From: Iphione sp. A-MEVVRFRX5
Lineage: Eukaryota
Assembly (NCBI GenBank): GCA_976226885.1
Contig: OZ320321.1
Location: forward strand, 55,614,001 to 55,678,000
Reading direction: 5' to 3'
Length of the DNA stretch: 64,000 nt
The notes under the pieces were generated by a model. That model did not search any database and was not told the origin of the DNA. It worked only from the letters and a program-made list of their open reading frames with translations. Shown in pieces: positions 61,310-64,000 of this stretch. A program made the translations under genes and the position numbers. The stretch's first letter is position 1. Every line of letters begins with the position of its first letter.

Positions 61310-61860
61310 TGGGGACGGAGGTGCATGGGAATAGGAGAGAACAGGTGGGAGAGAGAGGATGAGAGCGACGAGAGAATCTCACACACACACACACCCACAC
61401 ACACGTAGAGGAGAGAGATAAGAGAAAGGGAGAGGGAGGGATAGAGACAGAGAACGAGTGGGACGAGACAGGGAGAGAAACCGAGAGAGATTGTCACAGC
61501 AGAGTGAGAGAAACCAGGAGAGGGGGCGAGTGAAAGGCGGAGGGGGAAATGAGAGAGACAAGGAGAGGGGTTCAAAGAAGGATAAAAGAGAGGGACAAGA
61601 GAGAGGGAGAGGAGGGAACAGGCGGAATGAGACAATAGCTAGGGAGAGAGATAGGGAGAGGGGGATGAGAGAGACATTGAGAGGGGAATGAGAAAGAGAG
61701 AGAGAGAGGGAAGAGAGAAAAGACAGGGCTGAGGAGAGATAAGAGAGAGGATGAGAGAGAGGGACCAGAGAGAGGGAGATGAGTAGACAGGAGGCCAGGG
61801 GAGAAAGAGAGGGATGACAGAGGAGTGGAAAGAAGAGGGATAAGAGCAAGAATCCATCCG
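61310..61860. repeat. Long degenerate (GA)-rich purine tract with an embedded (CA)n
   Basis: About 550 bp of gagagag/ggga/gaaa units; (CA)n at ~61380-61403; source of the spurious Ser/Leu and Arg/Glu ORFs. Confidence 0.9.
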
Positions 61861-64000
61861 GAAAACTATTCCTCAATTGATAAATCGTCGCTTGTGGCTT
61901 CATCGCCCCTATATAATATTACAATCATTGATTGACAGCTACATTAAATTGACAGACACGTTTCCTTAATCTATCATGAGACCCATGCCAAGCACCAAGG
62001 TGCAAGTCACTCACCCCCTCTTGCCAGGGTTACAGTTGTCTGAGATAACTTGGTTGACGGGGTTACGTTCATTGTTTCCCACTCACTGCTTTAGTGACTG
62101 AAATGTGTTTTTATCTCAAAAAGCTCAGCATTCTGCGTCTTTAACAAGAATTTGGGGTGCGCAGCTTTGTTTAATTAACATAATCATGCAGATGGACAAG
62201 TATATTCTATGTAAGTATCAGTATATCAGCATTAGTTTATCACATTTTCGCTCAATGTGAGACAACATCTAGTGCATCTGTGCATCAAATAACTTTCACA
62301 AACTATTCTATACTGATACTATGATGCACTGATACACGGTTGAATCTGATGCATACAAACACATGTGAAACTTCGGTCCCAGACACTCACTATATGTCCC
62401 ATAGTACGACATTCCTGCTCTGACCTTCCGATCATCTAATGCACACAGGGTCCTCTTTTTGATGCCACCATGTCAGTGGATTCGCTTGAAGATGAAACTT
62501 TGGATAATATCCTATGAGAAAGTACCAGATTGATAAATAATTCTTTTGAGACACAGTCTGTGGGAAGCACGTGGAACGGAAAGAGCAGCTACTGCAGACG
62601 CGAGTCTGTGTTTTTTTTGTATCTATCATATGAATGAGACAAGCAGAAGTCAAGTTCTCACAGAATATGTCCGAGAGGAAACTGATATGCCTTTTAAAAT
62701 GATATATTGCGTACATCGTTTTAAGAATGGAGAACTAATGCATTTTTCGTATCAATGACTCATATTTCGCTCATGACCCTTCCTTTACGGTGGCATGGCA
62801 TGTCTGTAGAAATCACGATACTCTTAAGTAAAAAGGCATATGCCTCGAACTCAGATCACAAAGGTTTCTTTTTGCGGCCCTCAGCGTCAAAGAACATAAG
62901 TTTGGAGTTATTTTCAAGAACTGACGCAGAGGAGACTGAATGCATTCAAAGGATTTCTGTCCGTCCATGTAATGTTCTCCCTCGCCTAAAGGCCCATATA
63001 ATAGGACACCAAATACGGAGTTCTACTCGTTGTATAAACGCTCTATTTAGTCAAACTCTATTAATTTAGACGCAGTATACAGACGATCACGTTCCTTCAG
63101 TAATAGCCACTTCTTTAACGGATGTTTCCGCTGAGATTTAATGGCAGAGAATTGTGGAAGGTAGATGTTCTTCCTCCGCATCATACTGAATGCGGTAGCA
63201 AGTTTCGAGTTTTACAACAGATACACAGATCACTCAAAAGCACAATATTTTGTATTGAGAAAATCGTTGTCTGAAATGTTTCAAAAGAGATTTTTCTTAG
63301 ATGAAGGGAGGAGAAAGGATGATTTCAGTTGACATTATTTGAGATATATTGCTAATACATGTATATGTTAGGGTAATATTCGTTTTTTATCATCCAGCGT
63401 TAAGAAAATCCAGGTAATCATAGGTACATTTTTATATGAACAATAACAACAAACCTCTTTGTTCAAGAAGTAGGTTATTCCCGTTGTCATATATCCATAG
63501 TTGTTTTAACCATTTCATAAATCCTGTATTATGTCCACGTAGATCAAGTTTTCGTCGGCAGTAAGCCTGCATTTTTATAATGCATCATTTTAATATGTTC
63601 AGAGTTAGGGACATTGCTCTTTGGCAAAAATGAGCATGTGAAAGAAACGTACGATTTCCTTTCGCTGGGGTATTAAGTTGTTCTGAAATTTATATTAACT
63701 ATTTCGTTCACTGCAATCGTAATCTTAGAAAGGAACGAAGTTCGTGTTATATGCATAGCATCCTTAACCTTGAGGTCAAGTATTCACCACACTAGGAATG
63801 TAATAAATATTCAAGGAGTGCACCTATGAGGTCTCTGTACCCATAGCAGTGGACCAGAAGCAGTGGCCTTCACAGTTACATAATCAAGAATATTCCTGGG
63901 GTTTACCGGGTGTCACAAGATGTTTTTTGTTTACTAAATGAGATAGTCTATGGTAAATGAATGATTGTGTCCCTGCTTTTCCTTTAACATCACTTATTCC

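Noticed and set aside
61294-61903. Ser/Leu-rich and Arg/Glu-rich ORFs (also at 26238-26811)
   Set aside because: Translations of GA/CT microsatellite tracts.

Overview
Repeat-rich eukaryotic genomic DNA, probably from an invertebrate animal (inferred from the mix of L2/CR1-type LINEs, a Penelope-like element, Ngaro-type elements and microsatellites). I could not confidently identify any host gene. The window is dominated by two apparently intact, young tyrosine-recombinase (YR) retrotransposons of the Ngaro/split-direct-repeat type, from two distinct families. Element 1 (5461-10074, minus strand) has the full A1-gag-RT/RNaseH-YR-B1-A2-spacer-B2 structure with identical repeat copies. Element 2 (27012-31182, plus strand) has intact ORFs but an atypical B-A-ORFs-B layout that looks LTR-like. 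Main discovery candidate: both elements carry, at homologous positions, one strong phase-1 splice donor inside gag and two phase-1 acceptors at the starts of the RT/RNaseH and YR frames. Splicing would give in-frame Gag(N)-RT/RH and Gag(N)-YR fusions, whose enzyme moieties have near-identical lengths in the two elements (574/573 aa and 322/319 aa). This would explain why these ORFs mostly lack usable AUGs and sit in inconsistent frames relative to gag. It is a prediction from sequence only and needs RNA evidence. Also present: a decayed Penelope-like element with a degenerate hammerhead core, two 5'-truncated LINEs, a probable tRNA-derived SINE, microsatellites and a 176-bp assembly gap.
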